Assembly (NCBI GenBank): GCA_965216565.1
Contig: OZ244170.1
Location: 608,001 to 672,000 of the forward strand
Direction of reading: 5' to 3'
Length of the DNA stretch: 64,000 nucleotides
Source of the DNA: Bythopirellula sp.
GTDB taxonomy: Bacteria > Planctomycetota > Planctomycetia > Pirellulales > Lacipirellulaceae
Shown piece after piece: positions 37,190-47,107 of this stretch. Both the position numbers and the translations under genes were made by a program. Below the pieces are notes generated by a model. It saw only the letters and a list, made by a program, of their open reading frames with translations, was not told where the DNA came from and made no database searches. Positions within the stretch are counted from its first letter, which is position 1. Every line of letters starts with the position of its first letter.

Positions 37190-38332
37190 ATGGATATTAC
37201 GACCAAACACAGTGTGCCATTGTTTATCAGCTTGGTCCTGCTAGCCACGTTGGTATTCGCTTTCGACTCGTGGGTAGAACTTGGAGTTGCCGGCGGAGTG
37301 CCTTACGTGGTCGTTGTCTGTTTGTCATACCTAGCAGCACGGCGGAGTTGGATATTTGTCACCGCTGTCTGTTGCTGTCTTCTGACACTCTTGGGATATA
37401 TGCTTTCTCCCCCTGGGGGCGAAGAATGGAAGGTGCTGTACAACCGCGGATTAGCACTACTGGCGATCACCGTGACTGCTGTGTTTGCTGACATGGCCAA
37501 GAGAGCGGCACAACGGCTAACTGATAATGAGAGAAACCTGGAGCGGCTTGTCGACCAACGCACCCGAGAGTTGAAGCTGACCAATGCCGAGCTCGAGGCT
37601 AGCAATGAGGAACTGAAGAACTTTGCGTACATAGCATCGCATGATTTGCAAACACCACTTAGGTCGATCCACGGATTCGCCGAAATTCTACGTGAAGACG
37701 CTGCGGAGCAACTAGATAACAGTGCATCCGAGAATATTGATCGCATCATTGCAGCAAGCGAACGCATGAAGACTCTCATCAGCGACTTGCTCTCTTACTC
37801 TCACCTAGAGGGTGATTCTTCTCGATATTCGACTGTGAGCCTTAATGAGGTGTTCGACGAAGTCTTAGCACTGCTTTCCGCCGAAATTATAGACTCAGGA
37901 GCCGAAATAACTCGAGACAACCTTCCGGAACTGTTTTGCGATCGCGGACAGATGATACAGCTTCTTCAAAATCTCATCGGAAACGGAATAAAGTACTGCG
38001 ATCGACCTATTCCCCAAGTACACGTTTCGGCACACTGTGAAAACAACGATTGGGTCGTATCAGTCCAAGACAATGGAATAGGAATTGAGCCTGAATATCA
38101 TGGACGCGTATTCGACATTTTTCGCCGACTCCACGACTCAAAGAGTTACCCCGGCACGGGGATCGGACTGGCTGTGTGTCGCCGCGTCGTTGAGCATCAC
38201 CAAGGCCGTATCTGGATCGATTCGGAAGCTAAGTGTGGAACAAGAGTGTTGTTTTCGCTCCCCCAACCCGTTGCGAAAACTCAGGAAGATTCCAGGTGTT
38301 TGGTTGCTGATAACCTGAAGGTAGAAGTATGA
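37190..38332 (+). CDS. Membrane sensor histidine kinase (Cph1-type transmitter)
   Basis: 3-4 TM; FAYIASHDLQTPL H-box; QNLIGNGIK; DNGIGI; GTGIGLA. Confidence 0.93.
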   Translation: MDITTKHSVPLFISLVLLATLVFAFDSWVELGVAGGVPYVVVVCLSYLAARRSWIFVTAVCCCLLTLLGYMLSPPGGEEWKVLYNRGLALLAITVTAVFADMAKRAAQRLTDNERNLERLVDQRTRELKLTNAELEASNEELKNFAYIASHDLQTPLRSIHGFAEILREDAAEQLDNSASENIDRIIAASERMKTLISDLLSYSHLEGDSSRYSTVSLNEVFDEVLALLSAEIIDSGAEITRDNLPELFCDRGQMIQLLQNLIGNGIKYCDRPIPQVHVSAHCENNDWVVSVQDNGIGIEPEYHGRVFDIFRRLHDSKSYPGTGIGLAVCRRVVEHHQGRIWIDSEAKCGTRVLFSLPQPVAKTQEDSRCLVADNLKVEV

Positions 38333-38781
38333 CACAATTAATGCGTGGTGGACGGCCAGCAGAAATACTTCTCGTCGAAGATAACGAGGATGACGTTCTC
38401 ATTACTCAAAGGGGATTTAAGAAGAGCCGTTTTGCTGTGAATCTCCATCATGTAGCCAACGGCAAAGAATGCATGGCTTTCTTACTGAAGGAAGGAAAGT
38501 ACGCCGATGCCGTCAAGCCAGACTTGATTCTTCTCGATCTCAACATGCCTTTGATGGATGGAAGAGAAGTACTCAGCGAGATGGTTAAGCATGATGAGCT
38601 AAGAAAGCTGCCTGTGGTTGTGCTTACAACCTCTGATGATGCACGAGACATCCTGAGTATGTACGATTTGCGCTGCAGCTCCTATATCGTGAAACCTATC
38701 TCGTTTGAGCAATTTCAAAGAGTCATCGACGATCTGGGCCAGTACTGGTTTTCGCTGGTCGTGCTTCCAGCAGATATCTGA
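38329..38781 (+). CDS. Single-domain response regulator (Rcp1-like)
   Basis: ILLVEDN, LILLDLNMP, VVLTTS, YIVKP; overlaps the kinase stop. Confidence 0.94.
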   Translation: MTQLMRGGRPAEILLVEDNEDDVLITQRGFKKSRFAVNLHHVANGKECMAFLLKEGKYADAVKPDLILLDLNMPLMDGREVLSEMVKHDELRKLPVVVLTTSDDARDILSMYDLRCSSYIVKPISFEQFQRVIDDLGQYWFSLVVLPADI

Positions 38782-38838
38782 CAGAGCGGTGAGCAGGAAA
38801 CCCTGGTTTGAGTATTGCCATCCAGCCGCGCACTCGCC

Positions 38839-40566
38839 TTACGGTGCAAGCTCGACGATCTCGTCGCCATAAATCGGCAGATATCTGTAGTAGACCTCGA
38901 GCGTTAGGATCGACAGCGCCGTGGTATAGAGCCGCCCTCCTCGATCGCTCCAGGCTTCCTTAAAAAACCAACTGCCCCGTTCGTGGCCTTCCTTGGATTG
39001 CGTATCGATCAAGTGATCCCGCATACGTCGGTTCCATCGCTTCCAGCTACTGCCACCAATGTGATGCAGAACCTGGGTAGCGTAATAATTGGTGTACATG
39101 TTGTGGTTGAGAGGGTTCTCTTCGCCGAGCCGAGCCGTGCCGCGAAGTAGGGGGGGGTGGTCCTTGGGCCAACCCAACATCATGCGGCAGAGGAGTCCCA
39201 CGGCTGATGTCGACGTGCGGTTCTTGCGGGGCTCTTCGGAGCCTTTGTAGTTGTAGGTCGCCCCCCGGTCGTCCTGAACGCTGTCGTAAAAATCAGATGC
39301 GCGGTACCAGACCTCGCGTGGTATGTGCAATTTGCCTAGGAGCCCGCTTTTGAGGGCCGTAACTTGCCAGCCAGAAACCGTTGAATCGCCGGGATCCTTG
39401 GGTTCATAACGCCAGCCGCCAGCTTCGTGCTGGGCGAAGACGATAAAATCGATTGCCTTTTGGGCATGTAGTTGTAGATTCTGATCGCGCGTCAGCGCGT
39501 ACGCTTCGCACAACGCAAGCGTTGCAATACCGTGGGAATACATGTCTCCGCTCTTGCGGATGATCGGACTTCCTTCACCGAGCTGATCTAGTAAGGTCAT
39601 GCCCCGTAGATCGCCACCAGCAGAATTTACAACCATGGCCTCAATGAGATAGTACAGCCCCCGGTCGACAACGTCCTGATACGGGCCTTCGTCTTGTGTA
39701 TAGCCAGCACCGAGAAAGCAGAGCAGGGCGAGGCCCGTGGAGCCTGTGCTTGACTGCACAAAGCCGGAGTTGCGACAGGCGCCTTCGCACCCAGGGAGCT
39801 TATTCAGATCGAACTGCCAGGACCCATCGGGAGCTTGATGTGCCGCCAACCACTCGAGCCCCAACTCAACAGCCGCTTCGCTGTGGGCATTGCCGCCGCC
39901 GCCAAGAGCGAGCTGACGTCGATTTGCCGCATTGCGTCCACTTAGACCACCTCCACGCGAGGCAAGCAAGTTTCTGGCTGAATCAAAAGCAAGTGGCGAG
40001 GGGATCGTACTATCAGTGGCTGTGGTCTCGGGGTCGATTGTGGGCATCGGTAAATCGATCGAAACGTCTACGCCAGGGTTGGTCAGTACAGGATTGCTAT
40101 CCCGCGGCAAGGAAAAGTCGCCGCCTACCGCGCCCAATGCCGAATCGTCGAGATCAATCACATCGGCAACTTCAGTTTCGAACGCCGCCTCCAACCACCG
40201 ATCGGGTCCGCTACCCGCATCGGCAAAGATCAGAAGCGAGAGAAAAACAATAATCGCCGCATGGACCAACGCGCTGGTAAGCCAGGAAAGCGAATACATT
40301 TCTTCGATCAGAAGGACAACCCACCCTGCGGGGCCATTCTTCTCGTCATGTGGTGGATCTTTTACCGCTGAAGAATTTTGAGCCTTGGCAGAGTCGGTTG
40401 GCGGCAGAGAATTTGCCGCGCCTACCGACGTCGGAACTACGACGGGAGGGTCGACACTAAGCGACGCATTTTCCGAGTGCGATGATTTCAACGCCGGGCC
40501 TGCCAGTGGGGTGGGCGGTGCGAACCGACCCAAATTGCTCTGTTCCTGGGAATATTCGACCCGCAT
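38839..40566 (-). CDS. Membrane-anchored prenyltransferase/squalene-oxidase-repeat protein
   Basis: WL.S..VH TM; GL.WLA.HQ..DGSW, MYSHGIATLALCE, Q...GGWRY, GSW. Confidence 0.85.
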   Translation of the reverse strand: MRVEYSQEQSNLGRFAPPTPLAGPALKSSHSENASLSVDPPVVVPTSVGAANSLPPTDSAKAQNSSAVKDPPHDEKNGPAGWVVLLIEEMYSLSWLTSALVHAAIIVFLSLLIFADAGSGPDRWLEAAFETEVADVIDLDDSALGAVGGDFSLPRDSNPVLTNPGVDVSIDLPMPTIDPETTATDSTIPSPLAFDSARNLLASRGGGLSGRNAANRRQLALGGGGNAHSEAAVELGLEWLAAHQAPDGSWQFDLNKLPGCEGACRNSGFVQSSTGSTGLALLCFLGAGYTQDEGPYQDVVDRGLYYLIEAMVVNSAGGDLRGMTLLDQLGEGSPIIRKSGDMYSHGIATLALCEAYALTRDQNLQLHAQKAIDFIVFAQHEAGGWRYEPKDPGDSTVSGWQVTALKSGLLGKLHIPREVWYRASDFYDSVQDDRGATYNYKGSEEPRKNRTSTSAVGLLCRMMLGWPKDHPPLLRGTARLGEENPLNHNMYTNYYATQVLHHIGGSSWKRWNRRMRDHLIDTQSKEGHERGSWFFKEAWSDRGGRLYTTALSILTLEVYYRYLPIYGDEIVELAP

Positions 40567-40772
40567 GGGGTCACTTCCAAGTATAACGCCTCCTGGAGAA
40601 ACGGCAGATTTTTCATCGCCCGAATGCCCAGTACCACTAGAAATTTGGCCGAAAAGACCGTAAGATTCGGGACTTCGTACCTCTTTGGCGGTTAGCCCTC
40701 ACTGAGACAGATCGCCGAACATCGAGTTTCCAGATTATAGAGTCCAGTTAGTAGAGTTAAGGCAGGTAATCC

Positions 40773-40952
40773 ATGGCCAAGAAAAGTGGCGGTAAAAGGA
40801 AGAAAAAGGTAGAAGTTGTGTTTCTCGTCTGCGAGGAAACCGGCGATTACAATTACACCCTACGCCGTAAGGTTGGTGGCGAAAAGCTGAAGCTGAAGAA
40901 GTATTGCCCGAGACTTCGCAAACATACTTCGCATGTTGAGAAGAAAAAGTAA
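40773..40952 (+). CDS. rpmG: 50S ribosomal protein L33 (not in ORF track)
   Basis: [59 protein letters not shown]. Confidence 0.95.
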   Translation: MAKKSGGKRKKKVEVVFLVCEETGDYNYTLRRKVGGEKLKLKKYCPRLRKHTSHVEKKK

Positions 40953-41045
40953 AGCGTACGAACCCCAGATCTAGCCGCGCACCTATAGCTCGTCGAAGTC
41001 TCGGCTGGCTGAGCCGATTATAGTTCTCTTTCTAACACGGATGAC

Positions 41046-42794
41046 ATGCCCAAGCGCTGGCGCTTAGCTTCCTGCGATCCTGCCAGTGTTGCCGCCCTGG
41101 AGCGAGCAGCCGGCATCCCTGCAGTGGTGGCCCAACTCCTATGGTCTCGTGGCATCCGCGAGCCCCACCTTGCCCAGCAGTTTCTCCAGCCCAAACTCAA
41201 TGGGCTTCGCGAGCCATCCGAATTGCCGGGGGCTGCGAGTGCAGCGGAATTGATCTTCCAAGCGGTTCAAGCCAAGCGGCGGATCACCATCTACGGCGAC
41301 TACGATGCTGATGGCATGACGGCCACCGCGGTATTGCTGAGGTGCCTGAGAATTCTTCATGCCGAAGTTGACTACTATATTCCCCATCGCATCGACGAAG
41401 GTTATGGACTGAACGAAGAAGCTCTACGCAAGCTTGCAGAAGACGGTGCCGATGTAGTGGTAACGGTCGATTGCGGCATCGCTAGCGTCGATGAAGCAGA
41501 CCTCGCCGCCGAGTTGGGGCTGACTCTGGTGATTACCGACCACCATCAAATGGCCGACACGCTTCCCCAGGCAGCAGTGCTCGTCCATCCTGGACTGCCA
41601 GAGGAGGATTATCCGTTCGCAGGGCTGTGCGGATCGGCGGTAGCATTCAAGCTGGCTTGGGCCCTTTGCCAATTGGCGAGCGAGGGCGATAAAGTTAGCC
41701 CGCGGATGCGTAAGTTTCTGCTTCAAGCGGTCGGCCTTGCTGCGATTGGCACTGTTTGCGACGTCGTCCCTTTAGTGGACGAGAACCGAATCCTAACGCG
41801 AATCGGACTCAACACCCTGAAGGCCGATCCTGTTGTTGGATTGGCGGCCTTGATGCGTCGCACCAAGCTCGACGAAAAACCTTCCCTCGAAGGCGAGGAT
41901 ATTGGTTTCGTCATCGGACCGCGTCTCAATGCAGCGGGGCGACTTGGCCAAACGGAAATAGCGATCGAGTTGCTCACAACCAACGATGAGGAACGTGCCG
42001 AGAAGATTGCACTCTATCTGGACGAGTTGAATACGCAACGTCAATCGCTCGAGCGGAGCATGTCGCGCGCTGCGACCAAGCAATTAAAAGAAAACTTCGA
42101 TCTAGATGCGTGTGCCGCATTGGTTCTGTGCGATCACGAGTGGCATCCAGGAGTGATTGGCATCGTCGCGGGCCGTTTAGCGGAGAAGTACAACCGTCCC
42201 GTGATCATGATTGCTGCTGATTCGTTAGGTGTGAAACCAGGGGTCGGTTCGGCACGGAGCGTTCCCGGCTTCGATTTGCACTCAGCTTTAGCCGAGTGCA
42301 CAGAGTACCTAGTCGCCCATGGTGGACACGCAGCGGCGGCGGGTTTGAAGATCATGCCCGAACAACTCGGGGCGTTTCGCGAAGCTTTCAACCAAATAGC
42401 CAAGGAGCGAATCGGGAGCAAACCGCAGATGCCGGAATTGCAGGTTGATGCCGAGGCCACCCTCCAAATGCTCACTCACCAGACAGTCTCCCAGATTGAG
42501 AGCCTCGCACCGTTTGGACACGGTAATTCGCGACCGGTTCTCTGCGCCTCAGACGTGCGGCTAGCAGGCCCTCCCAAGCGGATGGGGGCCACTGGGCGGC
42601 ATCTATCGATGATGATCGACCAACACGGCGTGAAAATTCGGGCGGTGGCCTTCGGCGGGGGAGATTGGGAAGACGAACTCAATCGCATCGACGGGCCCCT
42701 CTCGATTGCCTTTCGACCGGTGATCAATAGCTTCCGCGGGCGGGTCTCAGTGGAGATTCACCTCGACGATTGGCAAGTCGAAGGCGATTGCTAG
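41046..42794 (+). CDS. recJ: ssDNA-specific exonuclease RecJ
   Basis: YGDYDADG, TVDCGI, TDHH, PRLNAAGRL, GGHAAAAG, PFG.GN. Confidence 0.96.
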   Translation: MPKRWRLASCDPASVAALERAAGIPAVVAQLLWSRGIREPHLAQQFLQPKLNGLREPSELPGAASAAELIFQAVQAKRRITIYGDYDADGMTATAVLLRCLRILHAEVDYYIPHRIDEGYGLNEEALRKLAEDGADVVVTVDCGIASVDEADLAAELGLTLVITDHHQMADTLPQAAVLVHPGLPEEDYPFAGLCGSAVAFKLAWALCQLASEGDKVSPRMRKFLLQAVGLAAIGTVCDVVPLVDENRILTRIGLNTLKADPVVGLAALMRRTKLDEKPSLEGEDIGFVIGPRLNAAGRLGQTEIAIELLTTNDEERAEKIALYLDELNTQRQSLERSMSRAATKQLKENFDLDACAALVLCDHEWHPGVIGIVAGRLAEKYNRPVIMIAADSLGVKPGVGSARSVPGFDLHSALAECTEYLVAHGGHAAAAGLKIMPEQLGAFREAFNQIAKERIGSKPQMPELQVDAEATLQMLTHQTVSQIESLAPFGHGNSRPVLCASDVRLAGPPKRMGATGRHLSMMIDQHGVKIRAVAFGGGDWEDELNRIDGPLSIAFRPVINSFRGRVSVEIHLDDWQVEGDC

Positions 42795-42916
42795 CACTCT
42801 GCTAGCATCGCAACCGCCGTTTACATGCCTGCCCCGGGTCCGTATCTTTCGCACCTGCAAATTTGCCTCTGTCGCAAATTTGAGTTCCTAAGCGAAAGAT
42901 AAAGGAATCCCAAGCC

Positions 42917-43711
42917 ATGCCCCGCTCTCTAATCTCGGTTGCTTTCTACGCCAGTTCGCTGGCAATCATGCTCCTCATGGCGACGTCTGCCGTGGCACAG
43001 GAACTGCGAATTGAGACAAGCGTGTATGTCGAGGACGATTCGGAACCAGTTAGCGATGCGCAAACCCTGTTCGACGGGGAGATGGTCTACCATTTCGTGG
43101 AGCAGCCCGCGCAGGTGACGGTTTATCGAGCGCCAGGGCCGAATCGGGATGGACAGTTCATTATCCTCGATCTCGATCGCGAGCAACGGACCGATATTTC
43201 CACAAAGCGGATTGGCAGCTTGATGAAAAAGTTAACCAAATGGGCCGGCGAGCAGGAAGATCCCTTGCTGAAGTTCTCCGCTCAGCCAGTTTTTGAGAAG
43301 ACATTTGACGAGGATTCGGGCGTACTCACGCTGGAAAATCCAGCCTGGACCTACACGGTAGCAACGGTTCCCGCCGAGGATACCAATTCAATGGCCCGCT
43401 ATCGGGAATTTACCGATTGGTACAGTCGACTAAACACAATGCTGCACAGCTCTCCGCCGCCAGGAGCTCGGTTGGAGCTGAACAAGGTGATGTCTAGCCA
43501 CAAGGTGGTTCCAGTTGAAATTCGCCGCACCGTCGAATCGCAGGACGACAGCCTGCGGGCAACACATCTGTTCACCTGGCGATTGTCTCGCGAAGACCGC
43601 CAGCGGATCGACGCCACGCGGGGCCAATTAGCTAGCTTTCAAAAGGTAGAGAACGCCGAGTTCATCGCCCGCGGCAAAGAGGAAGCCGTGGTGCGTGGGC
43701 AGTCGAAGTAA
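42917..43711 (+). CDS. Secreted hypothetical protein
   Basis: Signal peptide (AVA-Q), AAGGA RBS, 264 aa. Confidence 0.7.
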   Translation: MPRSLISVAFYASSLAIMLLMATSAVAQELRIETSVYVEDDSEPVSDAQTLFDGEMVYHFVEQPAQVTVYRAPGPNRDGQFIILDLDREQRTDISTKRIGSLMKKLTKWAGEQEDPLLKFSAQPVFEKTFDEDSGVLTLENPAWTYTVATVPAEDTNSMARYREFTDWYSRLNTMLHSSPPPGARLELNKVMSSHKVVPVEIRRTVESQDDSLRATHLFTWRLSREDRQRIDATRGQLASFQKVENAEFIARGKEEAVVRGQSK

Positions 43712-43744
43712 GCGGCCAGAATGAACGATTTCTTCACCGAGATA

Positions 43745-43758
43745 CCCGACTAGTCGGG
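43745..43758. terminator. 14-bp palindrome between convergent genes
   Basis: CCCGACTAGTCGGG. Confidence 0.35.
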
Positions 43759-43762
43759 ATTC

Positions 43763-44620
43763 TTAGCTACGCGTCAACTCGTGAAAGCGCTTTGTCAGAT
43801 CTTGCGTGATTGGCCCCGGCTTTCCAGTGCCGATGGGGCGGCTATCGACCTTCACTACAGGGATCACCTCAGCGGCTGTGCCGGTGAGGAACACTTCGTC
43901 GGCGATGTAGACATCATGCTTCGTGAGAGTCACCCGCTGCACATTGATGTTGGCCTCAACTGCGAGCTCGATCACAGCCTGGCGTGTCACGCCTCCTAGT
44001 ATGCCGGCATCCATGGGCGGTGTGAGCAGCACGCCATCGCGAACAAGAAAGATGTTGTCGCCAGTACACTCTGCCACCTCTCCGTTGTGGTTCAGCATGA
44101 GTGCTTCGATACAGCCCGCCTGCAGGCCTTCGATTTTCGCGAGGATGTTGTTTAAATAGTTCAGGGATTTGATGCGAGGGCTCAACGCCGCGGGATGGTT
44201 GCGGATGACGCTGGTGGTTATGATCTCTAGACCCTGCTCGTAGAGTTCTTGGGGATAGAGCGCGATCGCATCGGCAATGATGATAATCTGCGGGTTGGAA
44301 CACTTGTTGGGGTCCAATCCCAGTGTTCCTTCACCGCGGGTGACGATCGCGCGAATATAGCCATCTTCGAGTTTGTTAGCAGTAAACGTGTCGTTGACCG
44401 CTTTGCAGAAATCTTCTTGGGTGAGCGGAATATTCAGGCAAATTGCACGGGCCGATTCGTAGAGCCGTCGCACGTGTTCTTCCAGGCGAAAGACCTTACC
44501 ACTGTAGATTCGCAGACCTTCAAACACTCCGTCGCCATAGAGTAAGCCATGATCGAACACGCTTACCTTGGCTTCAGCCTGAGGGACCAATTCGCCGTTG
44601 ATATAGACTTGTCGAGACAT
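43763..44620 (-). CDS. ilvE: Branched-chain amino acid aminotransferase
   Basis: YGDGVFEG, KSLNY, E.TG.N.F, L.G.TR, ADEVFLTGTAAE. Confidence 0.96.
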   Translation of the reverse strand: MSRQVYINGELVPQAEAKVSVFDHGLLYGDGVFEGLRIYSGKVFRLEEHVRRLYESARAICLNIPLTQEDFCKAVNDTFTANKLEDGYIRAIVTRGEGTLGLDPNKCSNPQIIIIADAIALYPQELYEQGLEIITTSVIRNHPAALSPRIKSLNYLNNILAKIEGLQAGCIEALMLNHNGEVAECTGDNIFLVRDGVLLTPPMDAGILGGVTRQAVIELAVEANINVQRVTLTKHDVYIADEVFLTGTAAEVIPVVKVDSRPIGTGKPGPITQDLTKRFHELTRS

Positions 44621-44696
44621 TGCGCTCTAGGGGTGCAGAATAGACGTGTAATTTGTCAGTAAGACGTCGCAACCCAGGGAAAGGTTCGGCGCGACA

Positions 44697-45494
44697 TCAC
44701 GCCTTCTTAGCGTTCTGCGCCGGTGGTGTCTTCTGGATTCGGCCTTCGACTAGGCGTACGACTCGGTCGGCTTGTTCGGCAATCCAGGGGTCGTGCGTCA
44801 CCATGACTATAGTGAGCTTTTGCTCCTGATTCAACTGCCGCAGAATTGTCATGATTTGCTCGCCTGTAGCACGATCAAGGTTTCCCGTGGGTTCGTCGGC
44901 CAATAGCACACGTGGTTCGGTGAGCAGTGCCCGCGCGATGGCGGCACGCTGCATTTCGCCGCCAGACATTTCGCGAGGCTTGTGCTTGGCTCGATCCGCA
45001 ATGCCCACCATTTCCAAAAGATCCATGGCACGACGACGATAATGTCCCCGACGGGTCCAATAGCTGAATATCCCTTCAGCAATCAGGGCAGGGGCGAGGA
45101 CATTTTCTAGTGCCGTGAGTTCGGGCAAAAGATGATAGAATTGAAAGATCATACCGAAATGCCGATTGCGGAGCAGGTCCCGCCCGGCGCTGGCCAGATT
45201 ATCGATGCGGTGTCCATCGAAATGGATTTCGCCGGCGTCAGGTCGATCGAGTGTTCCCAAAAGATGCAGCAGCGTGCTCTTGCCGCAACCGCTTTGACCG
45301 ACGATGGCCAGGAACTCGCCTTCACGCACCTGCATGTCGATGCCTTGAAGCACGGGCAGTCCTAGTTCACCCTTGCGGTAACTCTTGAATAAGTCGCGCG
45401 TAGAGAGCACTACATTAGCGCTGAGCGTCTCTGGCTGCTGGGACTTTGAATTCCAGGAGCCACTGTGTAGCACTTCAATTGGTACATCATTCAT
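44697..45494 (-). CDS. lolD: Lipoprotein-release-type ABC ATPase (LolD-like)
   Basis: [37 protein letters not shown]. Confidence 0.85.
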   Translation of the reverse strand: MNDVPIEVLHSGSWNSKSQQPETLSANVVLSTRDLFKSYRKGELGLPVLQGIDMQVREGEFLAIVGQSGCGKSTLLHLLGTLDRPDAGEIHFDGHRIDNLASAGRDLLRNRHFGMIFQFYHLLPELTALENVLAPALIAEGIFSYWTRRGHYRRRAMDLLEMVGIADRAKHKPREMSGGEMQRAAIARALLTEPRVLLADEPTGNLDRATGEQIMTILRQLNQEQKLTIVMVTHDPWIAEQADRVVRLVEGRIQKTPPAQNAKKA

Positions 45495-47022
45495 AACGCA
45501 GGGCCCTAACCGGGTGGAGGCTTGCCGCTCGACAGGCGGGAACGATACTCGAGAGGACAGCGATCGTCGCGGCTCCCAAGCAAATCAAAGTAACCGTTAG
45601 CGGATTGATGACAGTTGGGATCTTGTAGAAGTAGTAGACAGATGGATCGAAAACCGGCTGCCCAGTGATTTTTCCCAAGAGATCAGCAATCTCATTGATG
45701 TTGATCACAAACGTTATGCCCAGGATGGCACCCACTCCTGAGCCAACAATTCCCAGAGCCAGTCCATAAACTAAAAAGATGCCCATCACACCTAGACTGG
45801 AGGCACCGAGCGACTTCAAGATGCCAATGTCGCGAGTTTTCTCTACGACGATCATCATAAAGATGGCCAGGATACCGAATCCGGCAACAGCGATAATCAT
45901 GAACAATAGCACGTTGAGCACGGCCGTCTCCATCTGCACGGCAGCCAATAACGGGCCCTGTTTGTCTCGCCAGGTGTTCACCAGATAGAGTTGAGCCGGA
46001 AAGTCGCCACTATTTCGCAAACGATCGCGGATTGCCTCGGCGTCGGCGCCCTCGCGGAGTTTGATTTGAATCGAAGTGAATTTGCCGATGCCTGTCTCAG
46101 GGTCGATCATCCCGCGGCTTTGCTGCAATTGTCGCAAAGGGACGAACATGAAGCTTGAGTCGTATTCGCTCATCTTGCTCTCATAGAAATCAACGATCGT
46201 GTAAAACTCACTGATCGCTTCAGGGGGCAGCGAGGCTTTAGGGAAGCTCACCCGTACGTCGTCGCCAGGTAAAGCCACGAAGCGGTCGGTGCCATCGGCA
46301 GCTCGATAACTGCACGTGCCAATGCCAAGAACAATTCCGGAGTGGGTTTCGATGGCGGGATCGAAATCGCGTCCCTGCTCCTCATCATTCTCCTTGGCTT
46401 GCTTTGCAAAGGGATCTTGGACTCCAGTGGCCGCTTGATGTTGTTGGATTTGTTTCTCTATCGCTTGTTGCTGCTTTTTTAGGCTGGCTTTGTGCCGTCG
46501 ATAGGCCCAACCGGCACTCTTCATCTGTTCGCGGGGCTTCACCAAATCGGAGTCCGGGGCCTGATGGTCGATCGTGTCGTAGCCGCTATTGCGAAGGGCG
46601 AATGAGAGTTGCTCCCGATTATCGGGATGCTGTAGATAGCTACCGAACGCGCTGACTGTGGAATAGGTGAGCTCATCGATTCCCACCATTGTTGCCTGAT
46701 GGGTAATCAGCTGACCATTGAGCTCAATATACATTAAGGCAGGCACGTGAACGGTGGGCGACATGCCTAAGATGTCGTCACCAGCTTGAGCACGAATCTT
46801 GGCCATGTGGGCATCGGCATCAAGCACACCATCCATCGAACGGCTTTCGACAATGATGTCGCCCAGCATGCCATTCATGCGGGCTTGCATCTCGTCCGTG
46901 AAGCCTGCCATCACGCTGTTGACGACAATCATAGTCGCTACGCCAAGCATGACGCTAACGATACAAACTAGGGCGATATATCGCGTACGCAGGTAACGCC
47001 AGCAGAGAAGAAGCTTGTACAT
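45487..47022 (-). CDS. LolC/E-family ABC permease
   Basis: RYLR, V.SVM.GF, EKTRDIGILKSLGAS, PA.RAA...P..ALRYE. Confidence 0.9.
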   Translation of the reverse strand: MYKLLLCWRYLRTRYIALVCIVSVMLGVATMIVVNSVMAGFTDEMQARMNGMLGDIIVESRSMDGVLDADAHMAKIRAQAGDDILGMSPTVHVPALMYIELNGQLITHQATMVGIDELTYSTVSAFGSYLQHPDNREQLSFALRNSGYDTIDHQAPDSDLVKPREQMKSAGWAYRRHKASLKKQQQAIEKQIQQHQAATGVQDPFAKQAKENDEEQGRDFDPAIETHSGIVLGIGTCSYRAADGTDRFVALPGDDVRVSFPKASLPPEAISEFYTIVDFYESKMSEYDSSFMFVPLRQLQQSRGMIDPETGIGKFTSIQIKLREGADAEAIRDRLRNSGDFPAQLYLVNTWRDKQGPLLAAVQMETAVLNVLLFMIIAVAGFGILAIFMMIVVEKTRDIGILKSLGASSLGVMGIFLVYGLALGIVGSGVGAILGITFVININEIADLLGKITGQPVFDPSVYYFYKIPTVINPLTVTLICLGAATIAVLSSIVPACRAASLHPVRALRYE

Positions 47023-47078
47023 GGGTCACCATCCGTGGTGAGTGAAGTTTGAATTAGTAAGTTTGAATGCTGAAATAG

Positions 47079-47097
47079 CCCCCGGCTCCGCCGGGGG
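47079..47097. repeat. GC-rich hairpin, REP-like or terminator
   Basis: CCCCCGGC-TCC-GCCGGGGG preceded by ATAG, between lysS and the lolC/E-like gene. Confidence 0.5.
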
Positions 47098-47107
47098 ATC
47101 GTGTGCG

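Noticed and set aside
38839..40566. Squalene-hopene cyclase / terpene biosynthesis gene
   Set aside because: No DxDD motif; N-terminal TM plus acidic linker fits the common planctomycete prenyltransferase-repeat proteins
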